DNA from: the human T2T-CHM13v2.0 reference genome, Homo sapiens | DNA: 64,000 nt | NCBI RefSeq assembly: GCF_009914755.1 | Contig: NC_060947.1 | Direction: 5' to 3' (one strand) | Shown: positions 1-15,510 of the stretch, one piece after another | Position numbering within the stretch: position 1 is the stretch's first letter | How the letters are laid out: each line of letters begins with the position of its first letter | Notes under the pieces: model-generated | Database searches by the model: none | The model's input: the letters and a program-made list of their open reading frames with translations, nothing else | Told to the model about the DNA's origin: nothing | Made by a program: the position numbers and the translations under genes

Positions 1-150
1 GCATCAGGAAGAACAGCTAATGGATGCCGGGCTTAATATCTGGGTGATGGGATAATCTGTGCAGTAAACCACCATGGCACACGTTTACTTATGTAACAAT
101 CCTGCACATGTACCCCTAAACTTAAAATAAAAGTCGAATTAAAAATAAGA
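1..150 (+). mobile_element. L1 3' end (older L1PA/L1PB type) with A-rich tail
   Basis: 'gggcttaatatctgggtgatggg...aaaccaccatggcacacgtttac...cttaaaataaaag' is the typical L1 3' terminus. Confidence 0.85.
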
Positions 151-384
151 AAATTGAAGAGTATGACCATGAGGTGGGATGAGGGAGAGTTCTGGGCACC
201 CAGGTTCAGAACAGCTTTTCCACAGTTTTAGAGCTAAACCTTCATGGTGTCTCTGAATGTCTTCATTTGAATCAAATGCTCCAAATCAGCAAACACCCAA
301 GATCAAAAAAAAAAAAAAAAAAGACTTCTTAAAAATGCATTCCAGAGCACAATATCTGTCTTCATATTATGAATGTTTTTAAAA

Positions 385-2459
385 ACTTTTATTTTGAGTT
401 CAGGGATGTATGTACAGATTTGTTATATAGATAAATTTTGTGTTGCAGGAGTATGGTGTACAGATTATTTCATGACTCACATAATAAGCATAGTACCTGA
501 TAGTTTTTCGATCCTCACTCTTCTCTCACTCTCCTCCCTTAAGTAGGTCCTGGTGTCTATTGTTCCCTTCTTTGTGTCCATGCATCCTTAATATTTAGCT
601 CTTACTTGTAAGTGAGAACATGTGGTATTTGGTTTCCTGTTCCTGCATTAGTTCACTTAGGATAATGACCTCTAGCTCCATTCATATTGCTGCAAAGGTC
701 ACAATCTCACTTGTTGTTATGGCTACATAGTATTGGATCATGTATATGTACCACATTTTCTTTATCCAGTCAACCATATATGTACCACATTTTCTTTATC
801 CAGTCAACCATGGATGAACATTTAGGTTGATTCCATGTCTTGGTTATTGTAAATAGTGCTGTGATGAAAATATGTTTGCATATGTTTTTCTGGTAGGAGG
901 ATTTATATTCCTTTGTGTATATACCCAGTAATGGGATTGCTGAGTCAAATGGCAGTTTTCCTTTAAGTTCTTTGGGAAATCACCAAACTGCTTTTCACAG
1001 TGGCTGAATGAATTTACACTGCCATGAGCAGTGTATATGCATTCCCTTTTCTCTGCAGCCTTTCAAGCATCTGTTATTTTATGGTTTTTAATAATAGCCT
1101 TTTTCACTAATTGTGGTTTTGATTTGCAGTTCTCTAATGATTAGTAATGTTGAGCAATTTTTCATATGCTTGTGGCCAAGTGTATGACTTATTTTGAAAA
1201 GTATCTGTTCATGTTCTTTGGCCACTTTTGAATGGGGAATGCTTTCAGCTTTTGCTCAATTAGTATGTTGTTTTTTTTTTTGTTAATTTGTTTAAGTTCC
1301 TTATACATTCTGGATATTAGGCCTTTGTTGGATGTATCATTTGAATAAATTTTCTCCCATTCTGCATGTTGTCTGTTTATTTTGTTGATAGTTGTTTTTT
1401 TCTTTTTTCTTTTTTCTTTTTTTTTTGTTTTTTTTGCTGTGCAGATGCACTTTAGTTTAATTAAGTCACACTTGTCTTTTTTTTTTTTTTTTGGCAATTT
1501 CTTTCGGTGTCTTCATCATTAAATTTTTGCCAGGGCCTACGTCCTGAGTGGTATTTCTTAGGTTATCTTCCAGAGCTTTTGTAGTTTTAGGTTTTACATT
1601 TAAGCATTTAACTCAACTTGGGTTAATTTTTGTGTATGGTATAAGGAAGGGGTCCTGTTTCAGTCTTCTGGATATGGCTATCCAATTATCTCAACACCTT
1701 CTATTGAATAGGGAGTCTTTCCTCATTGCTTGTTTTTGTCAACTTTGTTGAAGATCAGATGGCTGTAAGTGTGTGGCTTTATTTCTGGGCTCTTTATTCT
1801 TTTCCATTAGTCTCTGTGTCTGTTTTTGTATCAGTACTATGCTGTTTTGATTATTATATCCTTGTAGTGTAGTTTGAAGTTGGATAATGTGATGCCTCCA
1901 GCTTTGTTATTTTTGCCTAGGATTGCTTTAGTCATTTAGACTCTTTTTTGATTCCACGTAAGTTTTAGAGCAGTTTTTTGTTTTCTAATTCTGTGAAATA
2001 TGTCATTAGTTGTTTGATTGGAATAGCATTGAATGTGTAAATTGCTTTGGGCACTATGGAATGCTTTCTATGTGCTGTGTCATCTCTGATTTCATTCAGC
2101 AGTGTTTCATAATTCTTGTTTTGGCGATCTTTCACCTCTCTGGTTACCTGTATTCCTAGATATTTCATTCTTTTTGTGGTTATTGTGAATGTTATTGCAT
2201 TCTTGATGTGGCTCTCAGCTTAGATCTTGTTGGTATATAGAAATGCTACTTATTTTTGTACACTGATTTTGTGTCCTGAAACTTTGCTGAAGATATTTAC
2301 CAGATATGGGAGCTTTTGGGCAGAGACTATGGGGCTTTCTAGGTATGGAATCATATGATCTGTGAACATAAATAGTTTGAATTAATGTTTGGATAAACAT
2401 ACATTCTTTTTTTAACATTATCTTTTAAAAACATTATCCTCTTTTTTTATTTGGATACA

Positions 2460-2491
<32 letters not shown>

Positions 2492-3708
2492 TTTTTTGCC
2501 TGATTGCTCTGGCTAGGACTTCCAGTACTGTGTTAAATGGGAGCAGTTAGAGTGAGCATCCTTGTCTGGTTCTGGTTTTCAAGAGGAACACTTTTAGCTT
2601 TTGCTCAATTAGTATGATGTTGGCTGTGGGTTTGTCATAGATGGCTCTTATTATTTTTATGTAAGTTCCTTCAATGCCTAGTTTGTTGAGGATTTTTTAA
2701 TATGAAGGGATGTTTAATTATATCAAGAGCCTTTTCTGCATCTATTCAGATGATCATGTCATTTTTGATGTTCTGTTTATATGATGAATCATATTTTTTA
2801 TTTCCATATGTTGAAACAACTTTGCACCCCAGGAATAAAGCCTACTTGATTGTGGTAAATTAGTTTTTGATGTGCTAATGGATTCAGTTTGCTAGTTTTT
2901 TTTTTTTTTTGAGGATTTTTGTATCTAGGTTCATCAATTATACTTGCCTGAAATTTATTTTTTTGGTTGTGTTTCTGTCAGGCTTTGGTTCAGAATAATG
3001 CTAGTATCATTCTATAATTTTTTGGAATCATTTCAGAAGGAATGATACAAGCTGTTCTCTATACATATGTTATAATTCATCTGTGAATCCACCTGGTCCT
3101 GGGATTTTTCTGTTTGTTAGGCTTTTCATTACTGATTCAACTTTAGAACTCCTTATTGGGCTTTTCATGTTGCAATTTATTCCTGGTTCAATCTTCAGAG
3201 GTTTTATGTTGCCAGGAATGTATCAATTTCATCTAGATTTTCTATTTTCTGTGCATTCAGGTGTTCATAATAGTCTCTGAGGGTTTGTATGTCTCTGTGT
3301 TGTATGTCTCTGTGTTGGTATTAAAGCCCCCTTTTTCATTTCTGACTGTGCTTATTTGTATCTTCCCTCTTTTTTTCTTTGAGTCTAGCTAGTAATCCTT
3401 CACACTTATTTGTTCTTTCAAAAAACAAACTTCTGAATTCATTGATCTTTTGTATGTTTTCATGTGTCTCAAATTCATTCAGTTCATCTCTGATTTTTTA
3501 GTTATCTTTTGTCTTCTGCTAGCTTTGGGGTTGGTTTGCTCTTGTTTTTCTAGTTCTCTAGGCGTGATATTATGTTGCTAATTTGAGCTGTTTCTAACTT
3601 CTTGGTGTGGGTGTTTAGGGCTATAAACGTTCCTTTTAACATTGCTTTAATAGCTGTGTCCCAGAGATTCTGGTATATTGTATCTTTGTTCTCATTAGTT
3701 TCAAAGTG
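385..3708 (-). mobile_element. 5'-truncated L1 (L1PA15/16-like), decayed ORF2 and 3' UTR
   Basis: Antisense L1 3' end begins near 385. ORFs 1189-1497 and 1965-2168 give ORF2-like peptides ([34 protein letters not shown]...[11 protein letters not shown]). Confidence 0.92.
743..810. repeat. Exact 34-bp tandem duplication inside L1
   Basis: tatatgtaccacattttctttatccagtcaacca occurs at 743-776 and 777-810. Confidence 0.95.
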
Positions 3709-4006
3709 CTTCATCTTCCGGTTTATCCTTGCTACTGTCCTCGGTTGGGCTAGATTGGTGAGAGCTGACTCTATTTTGATTTTTTTTAAATAAGATGCAA
3801 TATTTGGAAACTGACATTATATTCATTTAAAATCAAAATATGCAGGACAAAGTTCAGCTAAATCATCTGGTTTTACATTTGGATACTAAATATGTGATTG
3901 ATACTGAAAGAAAAACTTATGTGGGAACTATTGTTTGATGCTGGCCTTGAAATGAACAGGAAGAGGAAGCACTGCTTTGACCTAGCATGCTCCTAAGAGA
4001 ATGTGA

Positions 4007-4407
<401 letters not shown>

Positions 4408-4468
4408 TAGAAAAAAGCATAGTATATATAGTGTTCAGTACTTTCTGCAGTTAAGATAGTAACTCTAC

Positions 4469-4776
4469 TTTTTTTTTTTTTGTTTTTTTTGTTTTTGAGA
4501 CAGAATTTTGCTCTTGTAGCCCAGACTGGAAGGCAGTGGCATGATCTAGGCTCACTGCAACCTCTGCCTCCTGGGTTCAAGTGATTCTTTGCCTCAGTCT
4601 CCCAAGTGGCTGAGATTACAGGCACGTGCCTCCACACCCAGAGAGCTTTTGTATTTTTAGTAGAGATGGGGTTTCACCATGTTGGCCAGGATGGTCTCGA
4701 TCTCCTGACCTCGTGATCCACCTGCCTCGGCCTCCCAAAGTGCTGGAATTACAGGCGTGAGCCACTGTGCCTGGCC
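4469..4776 (-). mobile_element. Alu, apparently chimeric (Sc-like left arm, Sq/Sp-like 3' end)
   Basis: Left arm reads 'ttggccaggatggtctcgatctcctgacctcgtgatcc'; 3' end reads 'ttttgctcttgtagccc'. Confidence 0.93.
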
Positions 4777-7401
4777 AAACCACAGGACCTTCTTAATACT
4801 AACACATTACAGCCCTTTCAAAATTTATAATGCTTTATTGATATTTTAAAAATGATATAAAGCTAAGACTTAAATAAACCCATTATTATAAATCAATATA
4901 AAAATAAATAGAATATGGTAAAATTAAAAATAGCACTTGGGACAGAAATACACCCACAATTTTAAGGTAATATGCCTGAAAATAATTTTGTATATAAAAA
5001 ATTTTGAAATAATATATTTCTAAATTGCCTGAAGCACATGCAATTTTCTTATTTAATATTAAGATCATAAAAATTAATTTTAAAAGCTTTATTTCCTGCC
5101 TCAATGGATTATTTATCATTTGAAAAGTGAAGAGTTTTGCCCACATGAGACGTTGACCATTTATTCATATTGGCTATGAAAACAAAAGGTCTGGTATTAG
5201 CCACTGCTCTGCAATTATGATTGTTAAGCAAAAATTAATGTTTATATTGGGAAAAATACTTTACAGCCACCTATTTTTATTCACTCTCATAGCAATTTCC
5301 CAGGGAAACAAGACATCTCAAAATTAAAGCAGCAACAAGGAAATTGTTTATGAAGGTGAAGATGAGGAAAGCAAAAGTGACAGCAGTTACAGAAAGCAGC
5401 AGTTGCTCTTGAAGTTAAGCTGCTCTGTCACATACCATCAATTGGACCATTATCCAGTGCAGGAAGTCTGTAATAAATTGTAAGATTTGCTTCTTAGCTC
5501 AAATGATGGGATGGAAATTTTCACTGTAGATGATGTTGAAGTGGGGGTGCAGCTGAATGGGTATACCAGATTGGCCCACGTTTTAAATCCTACAATGATT
5601 GACACTCTGGCACTAGACATATAATTTCTTCAAATAAATTGTAACTCAAGAATCTGGTTATCCTGATTATTTAAGGATAAAAACATCACATAAAAAGTTT
5701 TAATAGTGACAAGAAATATTTTCTTTTCTGAGACATGTTCTTATAATTCTGCAAAATGATTTCTGTTTCAGATTCTCATCTTCTTTGAGATAAGTATTAT
5801 TTGAAAGCAATCTGAGTTTCTTATTGATAACACCTTCCCTGTTATTTATTATAAGAGCTAATATTGTCTCAGTAATATTTTGCTTACTTGTTTGTTCTGC
5901 ATTTTAAGAAGGGCAACATGACATATGTGGGGAAACGTGAGGATAAGAGTTAGGTGATCTGGTTTGTAGTCTAGATTCTGATTTACAGGTGATGCTTCAT
6001 AGCAGTTACTTTGCATCCTTTCCTCTGGGCAAATAATTGTTCAGCTAGCCAAAAATCAGGTTCATAAAAGCTTCTCTGTGCAACTTATAAAATTATCGGT
6101 ACAAAGAAACAACTTATTCTTGAGATAGCTTGTTAATTTTCCTCAGTCATATGCTCACTGGAGCCTTAATATCTTTTCCTTTTTCTGAGACTAATATTGA
6201 AATATGCCCACATTTATAATAAACAATTGGAGTGAGAATCTAGCTTGAAAATTATAGAATATTTAATAATGTAACAATATGTTGTCCATCTTGACATTTT
6301 AATTTGGAAGGTTATAATGGTCAGGCTTGTGTGAAAACAAACCTGTAGTATACAATTTCAGGGTGAGTGAAATAAAATGTTTATTTTATTCAGAACAAAC
6401 CTGTATCTTGTTGTAGTTGAAATTTATAACTTACTGAGGACAACATTGAAGTGTAACTAACAGGGATCATTACCAGGCTATAACATCTTGTCTATAGAGG
6501 TATCCTAAGCTGACACTGTATTTCATTCATTTGGTAATAACTAATGAAGGCTGTTTTCCCCTCTTCTTGAATAGCAACTTGTGGATAAGAGAAGCACTTT
6601 AGCTGTGTCAACATGATTAAAAAAGTTAAATAAAAGAGAGGCAATCTTGCAAATGCCAGTCCCTGTATCTTTTAAAGTAACTATCAGTATAAATTCAGGA
6701 AAGGGTTTTTGTCTGAATTGTCCTGGTATAATAATTGCTACAAATCTCTACTTCTTAACCTATGAAGCTGTAACCTAAGGGCATTTAGTGCATTACTGTC
6801 AATTTTCAAGGCACTAAATTATCCCGAAGAGACCTTGAAAAGAGGACTATGCTGCTGCAGCAACCTCACTTATTATCCGGTAGGGATTCAGGTTTTGGGG
6901 TGGATTTGATTTAGTATTCCTAACAATGCCTCCTTGTGTTAACAGACTGTATCTTGGATAGTTCTAGAAGGTGCATGTTCTCTTAATAGAACTCTCCTGC
7001 TTTTGTATTCGATTAGATTATTAAAAAATTCAGTTTGTCTTATCCTAATTCATCTCCAGATTTTTGAGTACGACTTCCCCAAACACATCAGATTCACTCT
7101 GCTTTTAAATTACTGTGCATAAAAAGTATTATTAAATTATGGAAATTCATCCTCAGACTTTCAATTATCTCAAGTTTATCTCTAAGAAATAAACATTTAG
7201 CAATACCTTTTAAAGTTGCCAAATGTTCAGACTGCAGACAGAAGCACTGAGTGTGGTTGGTGGTGCTATAGCACCTATAGTTTCCCCAGATGTAATTTAG
7301 GAATAGAAAAGGATGGCCTGTAGAAATTCCTTTTCTGACCAGTATCTTTACAGGTGGCCAATACACATTCATATGCAATCTCACTGGAGAGATTAGTACA
7401 C

Positions 7402-7448
7402 CTGTGATATCTATTAGTGTCTGTGATATCTATTAGTATCTGCGATAT
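7402..7448. repeat. 19-bp tandem repeat, about 2.5 copies
   Basis: ctgtgatatctattagtgt / ctgtgatatctattagtat / ctgcgatat. Confidence 0.85.
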
Positions 7449-9029
7449 AGGTCTGAGATGCATTTCTGTGGCAGCTGTGTAATTTTAGAATTCTCAGTAA
7501 ATTGTATTGACTCCAGGAAGAGACAGTTGCATGGATGGTGTCATTAAAACATGTCACTGGAAGTTACTTACATCAGAAGGGACAACAGAGACGCTTAACC
7601 CTCACAATTGCATTCTTAGGTAGTAGGGGGGCAAATAGCCAATGTTAATGTGACTGAAAAAGAGCAGTTTTGGAGAGTCAGTCTGAGTTTGATTATTGTA
7701 TTATTTAGTTGTTAGCCTAATTTGTTTCAACTGTGAAACTATATAATGCAACCAGTCTCAATGAAATAATTTTTTTAAACACTAAGTGCCATGCCTGTCA
7801 CAGAGTATTTTCTAAATTATTGATTGTAGCTATTGTTTTTGTTGCTGTTAGCATTATGATTCCATAAAGTGAGATACAGAGAAGTTAACTGCACTAGATG
7901 AGACCAAAATCCAGTCTTAATTCAGTATGTTTCTACGTTGATGCATTCTAGTGAGAGAGATCAGTGGCAAGACACTGTTTGTGACCAGACTTTCTTATAT
8001 TTTTTAGGAAACAATTCAGTATAGCAGAAAAAAGGCCTGAAATTCCACAATACATTATTTGCTTCCTGATGGTGTACATACTCTTATCAAAAGCTATCAA
8101 GGAACTTCCGCATTTCTGGAAGATGAGGGGTCGCCTAAGGGTATAACAGCTCTAGCTTCTTGATGGCAAACTTAGCAGAAATTCAATATGGCCTTTATCC
8201 GTGGCATCACATTGTAATGTCTTGTGTGTGCTTCTGCTTAAAAATATTCCTTGAAATATGGATTCTTATAAAATGATGCTGTGGGGGACCTCTTCCTCAA
8301 GTATAATATGTCCTGTTACTTGCTGTTAAGGCAATGTATTACAAATCAGAATTTTTGGAAGCCTTATCATTAAAGAAGCTGATTTCACATACCATATACT
8401 ATATGAAGACCATACTGTCATAATAGTCTCTTTCTCTAAGGCACCAGCATATTAATGCACACACCTGTACTTTTATCAGTACCTCTCAGAAAGCAAAATA
8501 ATTTTGTCTATGTGATTCATTGAATTAAATCAGTGCTTCCTCTTATGAAAAGACAGACACTTCATGGAAAGTTTAACAGCTTTTGATGACTACATTTTCA
8601 AGATCAGTAGATTGTAGCTCACATATTAATACTGGGAACTATTTGGGGACATAATATAATGATAATAAATTCATCAGAATTTTCTTCATCATGTTAAAAT
8701 ATTTTTAGAGAGCCAACTAAAATGTTTTGAGGAGACTGGGTTTATGAAATATGAAATTGAGATGAGTTTCTCCTAAGAAGTAAATTATTTAGCTAGGAGG
8801 AAATTACTAGAAGGATACTTAAATGATGATATGCAAAAGAAAGAAAAATGTCCAATTAAAATCATAGTATCTTTGCATCTATACGCCACAAAACTGAGCC
8901 AGCGTGTCACAGTGAGTGTACAGAGGGCTCGAGCACAATGGGAAGAGTAATTTTTTAAGTGAATTTATTAAATCAAAGTCTTTTAGATCATTTTGAAATA
9001 AAGCTTGAAATTTTAATACAAAGTAGAAG

Positions 9030-9275
9030 GCAACATCATGTAGTGGTTAAGACCATGGTTCTTGACTAAATTTTTACTCTCATCTCTGCAATTATTAGCT
9101 ATATGGTCATGGGCAAGTTACTTAATTATGCCTCAGTTTTCTAATCTCTCAGGTGGAGATAATATTAGTACCTACCTCATGGAAATGCTTTGAAGAGTAA
9201 ATGAGAGATGATGTATCCAATGTTTTTGGAAGAGTTCCTGGCATAGATTAGGTCTTCAATAAGGGTCAGCTATAT
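9030..9275 (+). mobile_element. MIR SINE
   Basis: 'gtagtggttaaga...gggcaagttacttaa...gcctcagttttct...ataatattagtacctacctcat...cctggcatag' matches the MIR core. Confidence 0.85.
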
Positions 9276-9994
9276 TTAATATGAGGATTAATTGAGAGAG
9301 AATGATTGTAAAACATTTAGGGTGGTGCTTATTCAGTACAAGTTAGTTCTTTTATAGTTATAAAATACACAAATAGTATATTCGTATGCTTACTATTGTT
9401 AAAATCCGAACAAAAGTGGTAACTCAATGGTGAATGAATTTTTAATATACATGTGTACACATACCCATTGCAATTTGAATAACTTAAAAGTTTCACCTGT
9501 TCTTTCTAAAACAAAACCCACAAAACTATGCAAATTGTTATTTTACTGGTGATGACAAGAAGAAGCATTTCCAACTAAGAAAGTAACAACCTTTATATTG
9601 TGAGGGTGCTAAAAATATTACTAGCAAAAATAATGAAGAAACTTTGGATGTAAAAGGGGATATGAGGCTTATGGAATTGATAAGAATAACGCATAGTGAG
9701 TAATTCCTTAATGTTTGGTATTACACAAAATGAGAATATTAGAATTCTGGCCACCACATAAGGTAAAATTTCATGAGGTTTTCTATTGGCTATAAAACAT
9801 CTCAATGTATAAATATTATTTCTATTGAAAATCTTAACAACTCAGGCTTGAAATGAGGGTTAAGCTTCTGAAGATTCACTTATGTCAACATTTTTTTCAT
9901 TTAAACTTTTCAATTTGAAAAGTACTTTTTTTCCTTTTGTATTGTTATTTTCATAAAGTTCTTCACATTGACTTCTTCATCTTTCAATACGTAG

Positions 9995-10580
9995 TTTTTT
10001 ACAGATTCTTTGAAGTATAAATTATATACCAGGAAATTCACCTATTATAAATGTACAATTCAATGATTTTTAACAAATTTACAGACTTCTACAACCATCA
10101 CCATGACCCAATTTTAGAACACTTTTCCTCACCCCAAGAAAGACTGTGGCCACCCCAATTCTGAGCAACCACTAGTCTGCTTTCTGTTCATATAGTTATA
10201 TTCTGAACATTTAATATAAATGGAATTGTACAGTATGTTATCTGGCTTCACTTAGCATAGTGTTTTTAAGGCTAATCCATATTGTAGTATGTATCAGTAC
10301 TCCATTACTTTTTATGGTGGACTAATATCCCATTGTATGGACATGACATATTTTGTTTATCCGCTCATCAGTTTGCCTTGTTTCTACTTTTTGGCTACTA
10401 TGAGCAATTCTTCTATAAACATTCATGTATGAGTCTCTGTGCACAGACACTTTTATGTTTTCATTTCTCTTGGATATATACCTAGGAGTGAAATACCCAG
10501 TTCATATGGTAACTCTATGCTTTAAGACCTGCCAAACTGTTTTCCAAAGCAGCTGTGCCATTTTATGTTCTCACCAGCAT
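9995..10580 (-). mobile_element. Old L1M (L1MB/MC-like) 3' fragment
   Basis: 'aatgtacaattcaatgatttt', 'ggatatatacctaggagtg...tcatatggtaactctatg...ccaaactgttttccaaag'. Confidence 0.8.
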
Positions 10581-10669
10581 TTTGTGAATAAGGAGGCGGA
10601 ATAAGATCAGATAAAGTTTAGTTTTCTCAAATCGGTTTTGGTTATAATTATTTTAGGGCATCTGGCTTA

Positions 10670-11015
<346 letters not shown>

Positions 11016-11021
11016 TCACCC

Positions 11022-11365
<344 letters not shown>

Positions 11366-11583
11366 TCATATGTATTGATTTATCTTATAAGAAAAGGTAA
11401 GTCTTCAAATAGTACTATAATACGTGTTTCAGGGAGATACATATTGAGCATATTTTTCGTTTATTTACTAGTCAATTCTCATTTCTTATTATTTCATAAA
11501 GAATATTTTTGCAAATACCCTAAGTTAATAAGTCTAGAATTCAAAGTCCAAATGTTCTTATGTGAATTTAAAGAAAGGGTAGC

Positions 11584-11773
11584 CTTGACCCTGATTTCGA
11601 AGGTGGTGAAGCGGCCCCAGCCGCCCCCGACAGTCTGCCCGTTGCTCATAGATCTCAAGGAAGTTGCTGGGGGACCGGTAGGCGTCATTCAGGTTCTGCG
11701 GCTTGGTGATCAGCCACTGGGTGTCAGCCATGGACTCCGCCATTTCGCTGTAGCCGCCGCCGCCGCGGGCTCC
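11584..11773 (-). pseudogene. SNX3: Sorting nexin 3 pseudogene fragment (5' UTR plus first 54 codons, 2-nt frameshift); probably SNX3P1X or SNX3P1Y
   Basis: ATG at 11743 gives MAESMADTQWLITKPQNLNDAYRSPSNFLEI, then in a shifted frame SNGQTVGGGWGRFTTFEIRVK. This matches the SNX3 N-terminus MAETVADTRRLITKPQNLNDAYGPPSNFLEIDVSNPQTVGVGRGRFTTYEIRVK. The span is 160 nt rather than 162. Confidence 0.93.
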
Positions 11774-14700
11774 CATGACACGTTATGGACTAAAACACAA
11801 ATGATAAAAGGGTTACCTATTTACCGCTAACGCATTACCAGTCGTCCAACTGCTGAAGATAAGAAAAATGTATCTGTGTGTGTGTGTGTGGCATTTTAGC
11901 ATTAAGTTTATAATGTACCCTTACTTTTAGTTAATAAAATATGTTTCCATCAAAAAAGGGTCATCTAATTAAAATTTCTTCATCTGAAAAAGCTACCCAC
12001 CATATTGAAAGCAATGACAATTTTTTTCTGTACAATAGCAATAATAATAATAATTGCTCTAAGTAATATTACAAATTTAGTGTTATTACAAAGTACTTGG
12101 ATACATGTTTGATATTTTCTATTGGAAAATGTCTTTCATTTGCAAATATACCTAGGGAAGCAGTAGGTCAAATGAAAAAGAAATTGTTCTCTTGCAATGT
12201 TATACTGCTCATGATTCAGTAAATGGGTATAGTTCATATCGTGTTCAAATAAAGAGGAAAGACTCATAGACCTTTTTCTGCTTATAAGCTTCTATTTTAC
12301 CAGGTGAAGTCTTGATAATTCCATCAACCTTGGAACCTAATTAGAAAAGTGACTGATTTATATCTTCTCAGCTGTGTGAACATAATTCTGCCTATTGAAT
12401 TGAGGGGTTGTTAATCCCTGGCAATCATGTTTGTGCCAACTTGACTGGTGATCTTAGACTATTTCCAGTCATAGGAGGTTGAAAAGCATGTGGATTTTAG
12501 AAAAGAAACAGGGAAAAGATGATGATTCTAAATAAAAACAGAACAGGACTAAACAAAAGTCTTGATATGATGAAGTTCAGACAATAAAAGATTCTGTGAA
12601 ATGTACTGGTGAACCCTTGGGGAAATGAAGAAATAAAATGAAGCTTTTTCAGCTTGATTAATGTCTGACTTTTTGTTAACAGAAGTGGAATATGAGAATA
12701 GGTTTTATCTTCTAACGGAAAAAAGTATTTTGAAAAATGCTTTCTAGTTCACATAGTTTAGCAACAACAAAAATTTTAATATACAACGCTGAGACTAGTA
12801 AAAAATCAAATCCCAAGGGGGAAAAAAGATTACTGAATCATATAATTAAACTATAGTTTACATATAGGTTTACTATAAATAATTTAGAATTTCAAATATG
12901 ATCAGTGTATTTTCCAAAGTATGCATTTGCATTATATTTATAGAGGTAATCAATCTGTCTTATAAAGACTCAGATTTTACAATTTTCTTAATTTCCTCCT
13001 GTGTTAGAAAATAAAACACACAATGTCAAACGACGACAACAACCTCAACCACAAACACAACCATCTTGATATGAAGGTTCATTTCAGAGAACAGTATCTT
13101 TCTAACATTTGGCATCTGCCATCTTCAGGACCATTGTAGAGAAAAGGGACTGACCTGGCAAGAGAAATGTAAGATAAGGTGATCTATGATAGGCACGACT
13201 GGGTGTTTTTCTGACAATGACTTGCTAAATAAAAGAATGACTTTTTGTGAAAGATTGTGAGAACGTAAGCCTGGATTGATTTATGTGAGGTATTGTCCAG
13301 GCTGAATGTGAACTAAATAATGTCTCACAGTACCCAAGATTTTATTAATTGTTTCCCATCAAGGGCAAATTGGAGAATAGATAACAATAATCTGAATGAT
13401 TCGAACCTTCCCTATTCTACCCTATCCCATAACTTTTATCCTCCCTTCTTTTGTTGCAATTGTCTGTGCATTTAAAAAACCCAAAATACAAAAAACAGAG
13501 CTTGAGTGTGTGTGTGCGTGCATACCAAATTTCAAATGTGAGTTGGAATTGCATCAGAGATCTCTCTGAAAGCCAATTCAGGCTCTTGAGAAAATTGTCA
13601 ACAATTAGTAGTGACATAGCTACATCACATTACCATTCTTTTGGTAAAGCTGGCAATGGTTTAAACTTTCCATAGCCTTCGTGCTAATTCAAACATGGAT
13701 TGCTTTATGCCCAGTGAAATAAACTTTGAGATAAGAAAATTAATCATGTGAACTAGTTTTCAAGGGAAATACAGTGTACCAGAACACTGGTCTTAAATAT
13801 ATAACATTAAATAGCCAACTGTATAAAAAGGACTGCTCATTTTAAATGGGATTTGTGTCTTTATTAAATTTTATCTCATGGGATTTTTATTTCTGCCTAA
13901 ATATATATAGCATTAATTATACGAAAATTAATAAAATCAAATTTATTTTCTAAAGTATTCACTTAATTCAGACATTTATGTGAAGTAGGCTTCCCCTTCC
14001 ATCTTCTCTTCCCAGCTTCACTTCCTATCATGAAAAGTTACATCCATAAACTTTGGGTGAAATACTTCTTGAGCAATGCTACCTGATTCAATAAAGTTTT
14101 TTCTCTATTTGTAAAAAATGTTACTGTTTTCATATATCAAGTCCATCAAACTATACTCTGTAATTGTTGACTTCTGTGATTTTTAACAAATATTGTCACA
14201 GTGCAATGATAGCATTTTCATTCACAGGGGCTCAGCTCTGTCTTCTTTTGGTAAAAATTGCTTGCTCTAAGATGATAGATTAATCTCAAAATTGATGGAT
14301 TGATTTCTCTTTTTTTATTGGTTGGTTTAAGCAAACCAGTATGTAAAAACTATCACATAATTTTAAATAGTTTTTTAAGTTGAATCTCTTTCCTATCTGC
14401 CCTAAACCTCTTTGTGTTAATTAATTCTGTGGGTTTAACTGAACTTTTATCTTGAAAAATATCAGTAAACTCATCCAAATTGAGAAGTAAATGTGATATG
14501 TTTTCCCTTTGTGAAATGTCTTTCCATGTTTGTCAAAATCTTCCTGTAAGTTTCATTTACTTTATCCTTACCTATCATGTGGATATTGTTATTAGAGCTT
14601 CCTTAGCAATAATAATCACAAAACTATGTGTGTGTGCATGTGCACATATATGAAGTATATATATACATACTCTGTAAACTCAATCCAGTGAATGTTAAGG

Positions 14701-14865
14701 AGTCTGCTATGGATCTACTTAACTGAGTCAATTTATCTTCTTGAACATCACAATCTTTGTAACGATTAAAAGGAGCCAATGTTTTATATTTTCCACTTGG
14801 TCCAGTGACCTACTTGACTTGCTTATGTAAGTCCTCTTTCCTCAACCTTACAAAAGGTAGAATAA

Positions 14866-15269
<404 letters not shown>

Positions 15270-15289
15270 AAAAAAATTTTTTAAGTTCT

Positions 15290-15510
15290 GATTCTGCTGC
15301 TTACTATACTGTTTGGCCTTGGACATTTTGAACCACATTTCTTCATTTGCAAAATGAGGACCATAATGCTTCATAAAACTTCATTTGTTGTGATAATACA
15401 TTACACACGCCTAGTGCTTAATACAATGTATTGGCAGATGAAGAAATCCATATAGAGAAGATGAGTAACTCACTCAAGCTCACACAGTAGGCAGCAGTGG
15501 AATTGGGTGT
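15290..15510. mobile_element. Degraded MIR fragments
   Basis: 'tttcttcatttgcaaaatgagga..ataat' (+) and 'gagtaactcactcaagctcacacag' (-). Confidence 0.55.

Noticed and set aside
11558-11776. 72-aa ORF as a functional SNX3-like peptide
   Set aside because: It frameshifts after FLEI, so the PX domain is essentially absent.
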